64,000 nt of DNA, taken from the NCBI GenBank assembly GCA_964428395.1, contig CAYRYB010000006.1, positions 8,453 through 72,452 of the forward strand, written 5' to 3'. The notes under the pieces are model-generated. The model was not told the DNA's origin. It saw only the letters and a program-made list of their open reading frames with translations, and ran no database searches. Made by a program: the position numbers and the translations under genes. This document shows, piece after piece, positions 1-9,656 of this stretch. How positions within the stretch are numbered: position 1 is the stretch's first letter; each line of letters begins with the position of its first letter. The stretch is from an uncultured Methanosarcinales archaeon. GTDB lineage: Archaea; Nanobdellota; Nanobdellia; Woesearchaeales; SKGA01.

Positions 1-261
1 TCAGTCAACCTGAACACCTCTTACTTCAGATTCATGGCTGGGAACGCCTCTGGAGAACCAGGATCGTTTGACTGGGCGAACTCCTTAACATCATGGGAAA
101 ACGTTCAATCATCTTATTTGAACACGGTCATTGCCCGTCTCAACTATTCTGACAGCGCCGACGAGGCAGAGGTAGAGATCGCCATCGAAGTACCTGCTAC
201 CGAAGATTCTGGCACGAAGACGTCAACGATGACCTTCACGTGGAGGGCTGCAGAAGAATGA
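1..261 (+). CDS. 3' end of a CDS that continues upstream of the window (hypothetical secreted protein; N-x-S/T sequons)
   Basis: Frame 1 is open from base 1 to the stop at 259-261, so the gene probably starts upstream of the window. GC-rich codon usage, unlike the rest of the window. Confidence 0.3.
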   Translation, partial: SVNLNTSYFRFMAGNASGEPGSFDWANSLTSWENVQSSYLNTVIARLNYSDSADEAEVEIAIEVPATEDSGTKTSTMTFTWRAAEE

Positions 262-1439
262 TTGCCACCCTAAAAAAAGGATTGTTGTTCTTCTTCCTAT
301 TCCTCTTACTCCTTTCATCAGTGAGTGCATGGGGCATCAACCCTGCACGGCAACGAGCTACTTACACGACGGAACAACAAGAGCTCTTCGTGACCATTAA
401 GAACAACGAACACCTCGAAGGATATTTCAAGGTCGAGTTCACCGGCCCACTCGCGCCGTACGCTCACTATGCCACAAAGATAATCTACCTTGATAAGGAC
501 ATCGCCAGCGTCACGGTGCCTTTCAGCCTTAAGCTTACTGATGACCTACTACCAGGCACGAACAAGCTCGCCGTAGAGTTCCACCAACTACCAGCACAGG
601 ACCAATCAACGGTGAGCAGCCTCATCGTCCTTGTCGCTGACGTCATGGTCGACGTGCCGATGAACGGGAATCACATCACCGCGAAGCTCACCATTGGCCA
701 GGGAACAACAACGAAGCCAACCCCTATCACGATTAGCATCGCAAACAAAGGGAAAGGTGATGTCGCTGTCTGGGCTGATATCATCATCAAGGGACCAACG
801 AACAAGGAATTGTCATCGTGGAAGACACCAAAACAAGTCATCGCCTATCAAAGAACGGGAAAGATAGAAACCGCTTGGGAAGAGCTAAAAGAGCCGGGGT
901 TGTACACCATCGAAGCGACACTTCACTATGATGACAAGGTCATCGTACTCAGGGACACATTCACCATCGGTAGCAAGGAAGTCATCCCAGAGAGCATCAG
1001 CTCCTCACGATTCTCGCTCGGAAGCATCGTACCCGTCGAGATCACAGTGAGGAACAAGTGGAACAAGCCCATCAAGGACGTCTTTGCGGACGTGTACGTG
1101 TTGAGCAAGAGCGGTACTATTCTGCAATCATTCAAAACCGCCTCAGAAGACGTCGATACGTTGAGCAGGAACGTGTTAACAGGCTACTGGGACACGGAGA
1201 AACTCGTCGTCGGCTCTTATGATATGAACGTTGTCGTCAACTATGATGGAGAGCAATCTCAGAAAACCTTCTCCGTTGTAGTGAAGATGAACGAGTTCAA
1301 GATGAATGAAACGACGGGCAACGTCGTTGCGCCGAGAAACGATGTAAAGAACACCTCACTCCTTGTCATCCTCATCTTCGTGCTCATCATCACGAACATC
1401 ATCATCATCGTCCACTTCAAGAGGATAAAAAAGAAATGA
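258..1439 (+). CDS. Surface or secreted protein with an N-terminal signal peptide and a C-terminal TM anchor followed by a basic tail
   Basis: ORF 240-1439. The likely start is the internal Met giving MIATLKKGLLFFFLFLLLLSSVSAWG (signal-peptide-like). The C-terminus LLVILIFVLIITNIIIIVHFKRIKKK is a TM helix plus basic tail. About 50% GC, versus about 33% for the window. Confidence 0.5.
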   Translation: MIATLKKGLLFFFLFLLLLSSVSAWGINPARQRATYTTEQQELFVTIKNNEHLEGYFKVEFTGPLAPYAHYATKIIYLDKDIASVTVPFSLKLTDDLLPGTNKLAVEFHQLPAQDQSTVSSLIVLVADVMVDVPMNGNHITAKLTIGQGTTTKPTPITISIANKGKGDVAVWADIIIKGPTNKELSSWKTPKQVIAYQRTGKIETAWEELKEPGLYTIEATLHYDDKVIVLRDTFTIGSKEVIPESISSSRFSLGSIVPVEITVRNKWNKPIKDVFADVYVLSKSGTILQSFKTASEDVDTLSRNVLTGYWDTEKLVVGSYDMNVVVNYDGEQSQKTFSVVVKMNEFKMNETTGNVVAPRNDVKNTSLLVILIFVLIITNIIIIVHFKRIKKK

Positions 1440-1602
1440 ACGCTCACATTCTTCTGGAGGAGTTTCTCCAGAGGACCCAAATACCTCAAATCTGGAACTG
1501 AGCGTCCGTGTCCTTACCCAAAGAATGCGGGTCTCACTCTTTTTTTCTTTTTCTTTAGGCACAACTATTAAATAGAATTGTCTCCTGATCATTCTTTATG
1601 AA

Positions 1603-2184
1603 ATGTTATATTGCTGGTTTTTGGTTGTTGTTCTTGTTAGTTCCTGTGAGAATTATGCAACATGGACCAGTGGCACAATGCGAGGAGTAAATTGCACTGT
1701 TGCAATGGAATACTACGATGCACCAGGAGCATGGAACATAAGTGTTCAAGCACAAGACAGCACGCCAACAGTTGCAACAAGCATTGACGCAGCAACAATG
1801 ACATACGGAACATTATATGCCTTCCAACTTACTAAAGCAACAATTACGTTCACCTCATCAGGCGCTGGAACAAACAATGTAAATGTATCAAACGACCCTC
1901 AAGTACTCAACAATACAGGGAATGGATATTTTGGAAATATCAATGTAACAGGCTATGAACTAAGCAATGGCGTAGATACTATTGGAGCAGGAAACTTTAC
2001 TATAAATGCAACTAACGATGCAAAAGGAGTTAGTATAGGTACTAACACGCATATTCCAAGTGCAACATTAAGCAGAAACAACACACAAGACTTATACGTA
2101 TGGGTAGATGTTCCTAGTGGCATCAGCAACGGTACGTACGTAACAAACAGCAGCACACAATGGATTGTTGAAGCATACACCTAA
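1603..2184 (+). CDS. Hypothetical secreted protein rich in N-glycosylation sequons
   Basis: 193-aa ORF with a hydrophobic N-terminus and many N-x-T/S motifs. A T-rich tract follows the stop. Confidence 0.35.
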   Translation: MLYCWFLVVVLVSSCENYATWTSGTMRGVNCTVAMEYYDAPGAWNISVQAQDSTPTVATSIDAATMTYGTLYAFQLTKATITFTSSGAGTNNVNVSNDPQVLNNTGNGYFGNINVTGYELSNGVDTIGAGNFTINATNDAKGVSIGTNTHIPSATLSRNNTQDLYVWVDVPSGISNGTYVTNSSTQWIVEAYT

Positions 2185-2323
2185 ATAGATTAGTTTTTTC
2201 TTTTTTCTTTTTACTTAATTTTTCTTTTTTTAATCACGTATACCTATTCGTACTCCTCTTTTTCTTTTTAAGTAATACTTTTAGCAGCTATCGTTTTTTA
2301 AAAGAAGTCGTAAATAAAGAAAG

Positions 2324-2456
2324 TGGGGACATGGGGATTTGAACCCCAATCTGCCGGTGTCTTCCACAGGAATAATCATTGCCAAACACATAACGTGTCG
2401 ACTCATCGCTCCAATGACTGGAGCCGGCCATTCTAGCCGGATTATACTATGCCCCC
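2324..2456 (-). tRNA. Intron-containing tRNA gene (133 nt), anticodon probably CCA (Trp) with an intron of about 60 nt after position 37
   Basis: Minus-strand sequence GGGGGCA...TGGGG-TTCAAAT-CCCCA-TGTCCCC-A. The 7-bp acceptor stem pairs, with one G-U. The T-arm GGGG/TTCAAAT/CCCC is canonical. An anticodon stem GCCGG/CCGGC encloses CTCCAG followed by a long insert. The insert contains TGGAG, which can pair with CTCCA as in a bulge-helix-bulge intron. The D-arm could not be folded cleanly by eye. Confidence 0.55.
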
Positions 2457-2723
2457 AAAATAAGACCTGTTTAAAACTAGAACAGAAAGTCCCTTTATAA
2501 AAATTACCCTCAAGAGGTCCTGTTTAAACTAGTAAACGTGCTCATACTGCGAAACAGAATTCTCACGTTGTTGCGATACAACTAACCGTGAAACAGAAGT
2601 ATTTTGATGCTTCAACCAACATGAATTTTACATAAAACTATTCTATAACAAATAACTATTTTATAACAAATAAACAAACTCTTTTGGACCTTTAAAAGGA
2701 GAAATAAAAGAAAAAAGAGAGAA

Positions 2724-5300
2724 TTAGTTCTTTGGAGATTGAGATTTCTTTTCTACACTCTTAAACAAGGTTTTTGAAGGAAATTTTGATGAAGATTTTA
2801 CTATTAACTTTTTTGGTCTTGCTGATGCTCTTGCCTTTTCTTTTCTTTTTGCTTCTCGCTCTTTTGCTTTTCTTTCTCGTTCTTCTTCTCGTTTCTTTTT
2901 TGCCGCTTCTTGATTTGCTTTTGCCAACTCTTTTCTATAAAGAAGTTCTTTTTTTCTTTCTCGCAAAGAAAAAGTAACAAAAATAAGAATTGCTAAAAAT
3001 AATAATAAAAGCAAGTCAAAATAAACACAAGTCTTTTTGAAAAACTGCACTAACGTATAATCCTCAACAGGTAATACCTCAACGAAAACATCTGGACTTT
3101 GCGCAACTACATCATAGCTATCAACAGCAAAAAGATGCAGAATAGTTGTTCCAGACCAATCCTTTGCAGGAATAAGTTTTAATGTACTACCACGAAGCTT
3201 ATACGTAAGAACATCAGTAGAAATGTTACTTACACCAAAAGAAACTATATCATTATCAGGATCAGAAAAGAAATTATTTAAATCATAGGTTGCAGGTGTA
3301 TCCTCTGCTAATCGCAAATACGTAGTGGAATTCGTATTAAGATTATACGTCGTATAATAATTACTGTACTGAGGAATACCCCAAATTAAAAACACCAACA
3401 CCGATGCAACAATCATCAAGCCTAACAAAATAAAACCGCTCGTTTTCCTTGAGCGAAAAATTCTTCTTAACGATAAGCGAATAATAAAAAGCAATAAGAA
3501 AACAACAACTGCTAACGCCAAAATAAAAAACAATAGTGTGCAACGAGATTGTGCTTTAATAGCATCCCAAGAATACTTAAACCAAGAATAATCTGTAAAG
3601 GTGATTTGAAGAGGATAAGTAAATGTTAATCCAGAACCCAAATGAGTAAGCGTTATTGAAGTATTTAGCGTATACCCAATTAAAGATTTGTTTTCTTGTG
3701 CTAGCTTTAAAAATAAAGCTTCTTTGTTAATGAGAAACGAAACTGGTTTAGATTCTGATCTGCCCAAATCAATACGTGATTCTTGTGCTTGCACTATTGG
3801 CGATGAAATATTTATAGCATACCAACCATACCGTGTACCATCATTTCGAATCATCAAATCAAAATTATCGTTTGTATAACGAAGAGCAAGACTTTCACGT
3901 TCTGGTGCTGCCACATAACATTCTTGAGCAGTTGTAACGTGAACATTAAATGATTGTTTTGCAACAACGTCGCCACGAAAATAAGAGGTAAGCGTTATAG
4001 GATAACGTTCCGTCTTGTTATACACATCATGAAATAAAATATACTCTGAAACACGGTCTTTTGGAGCTAACACGGGCATTGAATTGTTCAGTTGCATAAA
4101 ATCAGGTGCTGTTAATACGAGTTCCACTTGAACAGGTGCTTCGCCATTGTTTTGCAATGCAAACGGACGAGCATCATTATCTAAACCACAAAGATAAATG
4201 TCCTTGTAAGGCACGTCCAAATGATTTTTAAAATTATAACAATCAAGAACAGTAATTGAAGTAGTTAATTCTTTACTTACACCGCCATTTAAAGACGTTG
4301 CAGTAAGAGTAAATGTGTGATTTCCAAAAGATTTTTTTCCTTTAGGCATTACGTGAACAATAACTTCTTTTGATTGATGAGGAGGAACTTGCAATGCATC
4401 CAAAGACGCGTTTGACAAATTGGCAAGTGATAACGTAACAAAAGAAGGCCCGTCTAAAGAAAGTTTAAATGAGTCAGTAAAATTATTATTGTTTGTTACT
4501 ACAACAGCATATTGCGAATCTTCTTTCTCACACATATTCTTTACTGCTTGCTTTGCTACTAAAGAGAAATTATATGATTGATTAATAAACAATTTTTGAG
4601 AAAAGCGCGCTTCTTGATTATTTTTTCTTGCAGTAACGCTATAATCAAGCACTTGGTTTCCATACACGTTGCAAGGAAGCGCATAATGAACAGATATTTT
4701 AGCACTTGTTCCTGCTGGAAGTGTTATTGCATTCGCATCACTTGTTGCAAACTCAGAGAAAGAATTAACATGCACATCATATGTTTCTGTAAAACTTCCA
4801 ACATTAGTTATGTTAAACGATGTTACAAAAGGTTCACAGACTCCAGTGGATACTACAGAATCAAATAATTCTACTTTAGTATTTTTACAATCAGTAAATA
4901 CAACACGTTGCTCAATTGTTTTTGTCACACCATATATGGACGAAACGGTTACTTGCAATACATCAGAACCTCCTTTGTTACAAGGTGCTGTAATATATAA
5001 GGGGATAGAAGTTGTTTTTCCAGATTCTAGTTGTAGAGAACTTGCACCCAACAGCACATAGGGTTTGTTTACTGCCAACGAATACTTAGCAGTAAAACTT
5101 CCTGTATTAGTTAGCGTTAACAAATCAGCAGTTGTTCCGCATTGACAAACAGAAAGACTTTGCGTTGGAAGTGTTGCGACAAAATCATTTGAAGTATTAA
5201 CTACTGTAATAATCATAGTTTGCTCTGCTAGGGCAACGGAAGACACTAAAAGAATAATTGCTGCTATAAAGACGATGCTTACTACTATTTTATTCATCAT
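2724..5300 (-). CDS. Large surface or membrane protein (858 aa) with a signal peptide, a C-proximal TM segment and a Lys/Glu/Arg-rich cytoplasmic tail
   Basis: N-terminus MMNKIVVSIVFIAAIILLVSSVALAEQ. An internal TM stretch LLFFILALAVVVFLLLFIIRL. A tail rich in KKKREEERERKAKEREAKRKEK. Many N-x-S/T sequons. Confidence 0.5.
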   Translation of the reverse strand: MMNKIVVSIVFIAAIILLVSSVALAEQTMIITVVNTSNDFVATLPTQSLSVCQCGTTADLLTLTNTGSFTAKYSLAVNKPYVLLGASSLQLESGKTTSIPLYITAPCNKGGSDVLQVTVSSIYGVTKTIEQRVVFTDCKNTKVELFDSVVSTGVCEPFVTSFNITNVGSFTETYDVHVNSFSEFATSDANAITLPAGTSAKISVHYALPCNVYGNQVLDYSVTARKNNQEARFSQKLFINQSYNFSLVAKQAVKNMCEKEDSQYAVVVTNNNNFTDSFKLSLDGPSFVTLSLANLSNASLDALQVPPHQSKEVIVHVMPKGKKSFGNHTFTLTATSLNGGVSKELTTSITVLDCYNFKNHLDVPYKDIYLCGLDNDARPFALQNNGEAPVQVELVLTAPDFMQLNNSMPVLAPKDRVSEYILFHDVYNKTERYPITLTSYFRGDVVAKQSFNVHVTTAQECYVAAPERESLALRYTNDNFDLMIRNDGTRYGWYAINISSPIVQAQESRIDLGRSESKPVSFLINKEALFLKLAQENKSLIGYTLNTSITLTHLGSGLTFTYPLQITFTDYSWFKYSWDAIKAQSRCTLLFFILALAVVVFLLLFIIRLSLRRIFRSRKTSGFILLGLMIVASVLVFLIWGIPQYSNYYTTYNLNTNSTTYLRLAEDTPATYDLNNFFSDPDNDIVSFGVSNISTDVLTYKLRGSTLKLIPAKDWSGTTILHLFAVDSYDVVAQSPDVFVEVLPVEDYTLVQFFKKTCVYFDLLLLLFLAILIFVTFSLRERKKELLYRKELAKANQEAAKKKREEERERKAKEREAKRKEKARASARPKKLIVKSSSKFPSKTLFKSVEKKSQSPKN

Positions 5301-5337
5301 TTTCCCCCATCAAGACATAGGTAACAGCTATATATTT

Positions 5338-5364
5338 AAAAAAAAATAAAAAAAATAAAAAACC
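5338..5364 (-). terminator. Oligo-T terminator (minus strand) with a short hairpin, downstream of gene 5365-6678
   Basis: The plus-strand A-run AAAAAAATAAAAAAAATAAAAAA is a minus-strand T-run. The adjacent AACCT...AGGTT can form a hairpin. Archaeal terminators are oligo-T tracts. Confidence 0.4.
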
Positions 5365-6678
5365 TTAGTAGTAGGTTTTTGCATCTTCGTCATCATCATC
5401 GCCAGAGCCACGTAGTTTATTAAAACCAACTACAAGACCAATGAGGATTAAGATAATAACCAAAATGATTAAACCAATTTCAAGAGTTTTCTTCAAACCA
5501 TCCCATTCTTTAACGTTCGTATTTCCTTGTGAGACAACAGCTGTTAAAGGAACTTGTTTTGACATATTATCACTAACTATGGATAATTGAAACACCTTAC
5601 TACCAGCTTGAACGTCATCATTTGCATTTACGTAAAGAAAGACGGTCTGTGATTCTCCAGGTTGCACAATAACTGATGCACTTGGATCAACACGTGCGGT
5701 TCCCCAACCATCAACACCTTGAACGCTAATCATATATGATTTTGCACTTTTACCAGCGTTGTTAATCATAATAGGGTATACTGCTCCTGAATCTCCTGCG
5801 ATATTTTGTGTACTAGGAACCGTGATAAATGATTTATCATTGTCCTTTGCCGCACAACCATCTGCACAAGGATCTGCCTTAACTTCTACAGTGTCTGTTT
5901 TAACAACACTATAATAATTATCGAATGTTACCTTATATTGAATGGTATATGTTCCAGGAATTGTACTTGCAGGGAAACGTAAAACTGTTTCTTCAAACGT
6001 AGCTTTTTCTCCAGCATCTAAACTATCAAGCGTTTCTGTATCTTGGATGTGTAGTTTTGGAACACTAACAATTAATGTTGCATCATCAAGATCATAATCA
6101 CCAACATTTTCAACTTTAACAAGTGCTGAAAGTGCTCGACCAGCTAATACTTCATTTGAAGGATTAAGATATGCTTCTTTAATAACAACTGCATGTTCTC
6201 GTTCTACGCCTTGCACATCTAGATTGTACTCAAACACTTTTACAAGATCTGCACGGTCTGTAACAAAAATACGAAGTTTTGTTGGAACTGCGCCCGTTGC
6301 ATCGTTTTTCATATCAACAGGAATTTGCAAAGACATATCAACATTTTCTTCTCGTCCTGCTTCTAAATCAAACGTTTTCGTTTGCTGAAGAACTTTATTC
6401 GTTTCAAATTGGCTGTATTGATAACCAGAAATGGTTGCAACAATTTGTGCATCCTTCACATCGCTGTCTGCTGCTATGCGAACTCTGATTGGCAATGTTT
6501 CGCCACGTCGTACTTGTAAGACGTTTTCAGTTACATCATTGTACACATTATGAACTTCACCATCAATTTTGATGTAAAGAACATTAAGGTCTACAGGATT
6601 TTCTGCCGCGACAAAGCTTGGAAGCATTGCTACTGCTAACAGAACAACCACTAAAATACTCAAAAATTTTATTTTCAT
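5365..6678 (-). CDS. Surface protein (437 aa) with a signal peptide, a C-terminal TM anchor and an acidic tail
   Basis: N-terminus MKIKFLSILVVVLLAVAMLPSFVAAENP. C-terminus LIILVIILILIGLVVGFNKLRGSGDDDDEDAKTYY. Confidence 0.5.
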   Translation of the reverse strand: MKIKFLSILVVVLLAVAMLPSFVAAENPVDLNVLYIKIDGEVHNVYNDVTENVLQVRRGETLPIRVRIAADSDVKDAQIVATISGYQYSQFETNKVLQQTKTFDLEAGREENVDMSLQIPVDMKNDATGAVPTKLRIFVTDRADLVKVFEYNLDVQGVEREHAVVIKEAYLNPSNEVLAGRALSALVKVENVGDYDLDDATLIVSVPKLHIQDTETLDSLDAGEKATFEETVLRFPASTIPGTYTIQYKVTFDNYYSVVKTDTVEVKADPCADGCAAKDNDKSFITVPSTQNIAGDSGAVYPIMINNAGKSAKSYMISVQGVDGWGTARVDPSASVIVQPGESQTVFLYVNANDDVQAGSKVFQLSIVSDNMSKQVPLTAVVSQGNTNVKEWDGLKKTLEIGLIILVIILILIGLVVGFNKLRGSGDDDDEDAKTYY

Positions 6679-6803
6679 GATTCATTCCTCCCCATATTTA
6701 TAGAGCTTTAATTTACAATTCCGAAAAAACAAACAATTTATTTAAATGTTTCGGATAAATAACCATTTTTAAGTAAAAACAAAGAGTTTTCCCTCTATAA
6801 TCC

Positions 6804-9656
6804 TTACTTTTCTGTCACCTCTAAGTAACCAATTTTTACTCGATGAATATCGTTATTAGAGACTGAAATTTCTGGATAATACACACCAGACATAATGTAA
6901 TTAGGTACGTAAGCAAGTATTCGCAACGTAGTTTTCTCACCATCAGCAATATCTACTTCTGCACTCTTAAAGCGAATACCAAAGTCCGGAAGTGAGAATG
7001 TTGCATGAACATCCTTAACATCATATCCCATTGTGTTTGTAATAGTAACATAGATACGGATGTCTTCTCCTACTCTCGCTTTTTCATAACCCGAATTACT
7101 AATAATTTGAACACTGTTCACCTGCAAATTTCTGTTTGTAGCTGTCTGCTCATTACTGCACGTGCCATTAGTAATACGTAATGAAGCAGTCTTTTTATCA
7201 AAGCGACCATCCTCATCAGCAACAAGAAGCGTTACCGAATAAGAACCTTCATCATGCAATGAAGTGGAAATAGTTTTTCCATAAAGCATCTGCACAATAG
7301 TTCCATGAACATCTTTGATAGTCCATTGATATTTTACAATATGCTTTTCTGGATCTGCAGTTGATTGACTTGCATCAAAAGAGAATGTTTCGCATGCGCT
7401 TGCCGTGTCCGGTCCAGAGATAACTGCAACAGGAGTAGCAATGGTGTGAAGAACATGCACAATTATTTTTGCTTTGGATTCATACATTCCATCACTAACA
7501 ACAAGCGTAACACTTGTTGTACCAATACCTTGCAACATGCACGTAAGAGCATTATTATCTAAAGCGCACGTAACGATGTTGTTATCCGTTTCGCTTGTAT
7601 CCAAACCGTATGTAAGCGCGTCACCATCAGGATCATATCCATACGTAGTGACATCAGTAAGCAACACTTTTACAAGAGAAGGAACATACTCATACGTAAA
7701 AGATGAAGGAACATTTCTTAGTTCTGGCGCGCGGTTAGCAGGAACATCAGTTACAACATGAACAACAATCTGAGCAGTAGCAACAGCCTTCCCATCAGAA
7801 ACCTCAACAACAGCAGAAGTAAAACCAACACGATGAGGAACACAAGAAAACAAAGAATCAGCACCAACACGACAAGAAGCAACACCATCAGCACTATTAC
7901 TAACCAAACGAAAAGAAAGACCATCAGAATCAACATCAAAAGCATACCTATCAAGATACACCAACGAAGCAATACCATCCTCCAAACGAATAGTAAACGA
8001 ATCAGCCAAACCAGAAAAATAAGGAGGATGATTAGGAAGAATATTTGTAATAACCTGAATAGTAACAGCACCATTTGCAGATAACTTGCCATCACTTACA
8101 CGCAAAGAAATATTTGTTACACCAACCTTAAAAGGAGAACAAACGAGAACGTTAGATGAGGCATCAATAGAGCAATCAGCAACAGATGGTTCTTCATTAC
8201 CTGTTATTGAAAAGTGAAGTGTGTCATCATCAGGGTCCGTTGCTATTGTATCTAAATCAACAAGTGATTGCGTTCCATTTTCTAAAACCATAACATATTT
8301 TGGTGTTGCGGTAAAGTAAGGTGCGCGATTACAAGGCACATCAGTTACAACATGAACAACAATCTGAGCAGTAGCAACAGCCTTCCCATCAGAAACCTCA
8401 ACAACAGCAGAAGTAAAACCAACACGATGAGGAACACAAGAAAACAAAGAATCAGCACCAACACGACAAGAAGCAACACCATCAGCACTATTACTAACCA
8501 AACGAAAAGAAAGACCATCAGAATCAACATCAAAAGCATACCTATCAAGATACACCAACGAAGCAATACCATCCTCCAAACGAATAGTAAACGAATCAGC
8601 CAAACCAGAAAAATAAGGAGGATGATTCTGTGGAGTGTCATTATACACTGTAATGTACAGCGTTGCGCGTCTTGTAAATTCGTTGTCACTTACAAGAACA
8701 TCAAGTTGTGTTTGCCCAACAGATAAAAGATTACAATGTAATGTTGTCTGCTCTAATGAACAGTCGATGATGTTTGGATTTGTTAATGAAGTGTCCAATG
8801 AGAATGATAACGCATCACCATCAGGGTCCTTTGCAAAATTTGCAAGATTTACAACATCAACACTACGCGCATCATCAATATCATAACGATAATGATCTTG
8901 TAGATTATCAAAATAAGGCGGATGATTTGTTGGCGTTGTCATATTTATTACAGTAATAAAAACCTGAATAGGCACTGGAAATTCTCCATCACTTGCAATA
9001 AGCGTTACATAGGTTCTTCCAACTGCGTAAAACTCACAAGCAAGGGTGCCTTCTTTATTATTATACACGTCACAATCAAGAATTGAAGAATTCATGCCGG
9101 ACTTATCAAGTGTAAACGTTAATGAATCATTATCAGGATCTCTTGCATAGTCTGCAGCGTTAAGCACATTCGCTTGCGTTTGATGAGCAATATCAAACGT
9201 GAACTCATCCATCGCTAAAAAATAAGGAGGGTGATTTGTCGTATCTGTTTTGTTGCTTTTTACAAAAAACTCAAGAAGAGATGTCCAATTTGCGCCGTTG
9301 ATTAAGTCATATGCCGTTCCTTGAATAATATAATGTCCTTGTGTCAAATGACTGGTATCAATAGTATATATTCCACTTGTTCCTTGCATACTTACATTCC
9401 AAACAAGATTAGCAACAGGATTGTCTGCTTCACCTCGAAAGAGGAGATTAATATCTGTCTCAACCATGTGTGTTGCTTTGTGATCATAACTTTCGTATGT
9501 GAAAGAAAGAGGTTGTCCTGCAGTAACTTCTCTGTAACGAACGGTGCCATCAGTCCATGACTGCGTATAGTACACTGTTGCAGATGCTATTGACGCACTT
9601 ACAAAAAGAAGTGCTAAAGCCATAAAAACAAAAAGTAATTTGTTCATTTTGTCCAC
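6804..9656 (-). CDS. Adhesin-like surface protein (950 aa) with at least six tandem ~99-aa He_PIG/cadherin-like domains and a signal peptide
   Basis: Repeated NHPPYF / NRAPYF domain starts. Recurrent D-P-D-G-D-x-L-T/S-F/Y-x-L motifs (DPDNDSLTFTLD, DPDGDALSFSLD, DVDSDGLSFRL, DPDDDTLHFSI, DPDGDALTYGLD) typical of He_PIG/cadherin-like Ca-binding Ig-like domains. N-terminal signal MDKMNKLLFVFMALALLFVSASIASA. Confidence 0.6.
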   Translation of the reverse strand: MDKMNKLLFVFMALALLFVSASIASATVYYTQSWTDGTVRYREVTAGQPLSFTYESYDHKATHMVETDINLLFRGEADNPVANLVWNVSMQGTSGIYTIDTSHLTQGHYIIQGTAYDLINGANWTSLLEFFVKSNKTDTTNHPPYFLAMDEFTFDIAHQTQANVLNAADYARDPDNDSLTFTLDKSGMNSSILDCDVYNNKEGTLACEFYAVGRTYVTLIASDGEFPVPIQVFITVINMTTPTNHPPYFDNLQDHYRYDIDDARSVDVVNLANFAKDPDGDALSFSLDTSLTNPNIIDCSLEQTTLHCNLLSVGQTQLDVLVSDNEFTRRATLYITVYNDTPQNHPPYFSGLADSFTIRLEDGIASLVYLDRYAFDVDSDGLSFRLVSNSADGVASCRVGADSLFSCVPHRVGFTSAVVEVSDGKAVATAQIVVHVVTDVPCNRAPYFTATPKYVMVLENGTQSLVDLDTIATDPDDDTLHFSITGNEEPSVADCSIDASSNVLVCSPFKVGVTNISLRVSDGKLSANGAVTIQVITNILPNHPPYFSGLADSFTIRLEDGIASLVYLDRYAFDVDSDGLSFRLVSNSADGVASCRVGADSLFSCVPHRVGFTSAVVEVSDGKAVATAQIVVHVVTDVPANRAPELRNVPSSFTYEYVPSLVKVLLTDVTTYGYDPDGDALTYGLDTSETDNNIVTCALDNNALTCMLQGIGTTSVTLVVSDGMYESKAKIIVHVLHTIATPVAVISGPDTASACETFSFDASQSTADPEKHIVKYQWTIKDVHGTIVQMLYGKTISTSLHDEGSYSVTLLVADEDGRFDKKTASLRITNGTCSNEQTATNRNLQVNSVQIISNSGYEKARVGEDIRIYVTITNTMGYDVKDVHATFSLPDFGIRFKSAEVDIADGEKTTLRILAYVPNYIMSGVYYPEISVSNNDIHRVKIGYLEVTEK
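7744..8627. repeat. Two copies of a 290-bp perfectly identical segment (7744-8033 and 8338-8627), exactly 594 bp apart, inside the adhesin gene
   Basis: The identical 98-aa stretch NHPPYFSGLADSFTIRLEDG...AQIVVHVVTDVP occurs twice in the protein. Antisense ORFs 7751-8095 and 8345-8689 translate identically. The flanking domains have diverged. Confidence 0.9.

Noticed and set aside
240-257. Upstream ATG (MEGCRR) as the start of the first surface protein
   Set aside because: It would put six charged or odd residues before the signal peptide and overlaps the stop of the preceding CDS. The Met at 258, which begins a canonical signal peptide, is preferred.
2457-2723. Integrase or transposase next to the tRNA gene
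   Set aside because: No such ORF exists on either side within the window. Only short direct repeats and the compositional shift were seen, so a mobile element cannot be called.
2774-2977. 67-aa Leu/Phe-rich plus-strand ORF
   Set aside because: It is antisense to the Lys/Glu-rich tail of the 858-aa surface protein gene, an artefact of low-complexity sequence.
7751-8726. Leu-rich (7751-8095, 8345-8689) and Asn/Ser/Arg-rich (7758-8084, 8352-8726) ORFs appearing twice with identical translations
   Set aside because: They are out-of-frame or antisense readings of the duplicated 290-bp segment inside the adhesin gene and have low-complexity composition. They are not independent genes.
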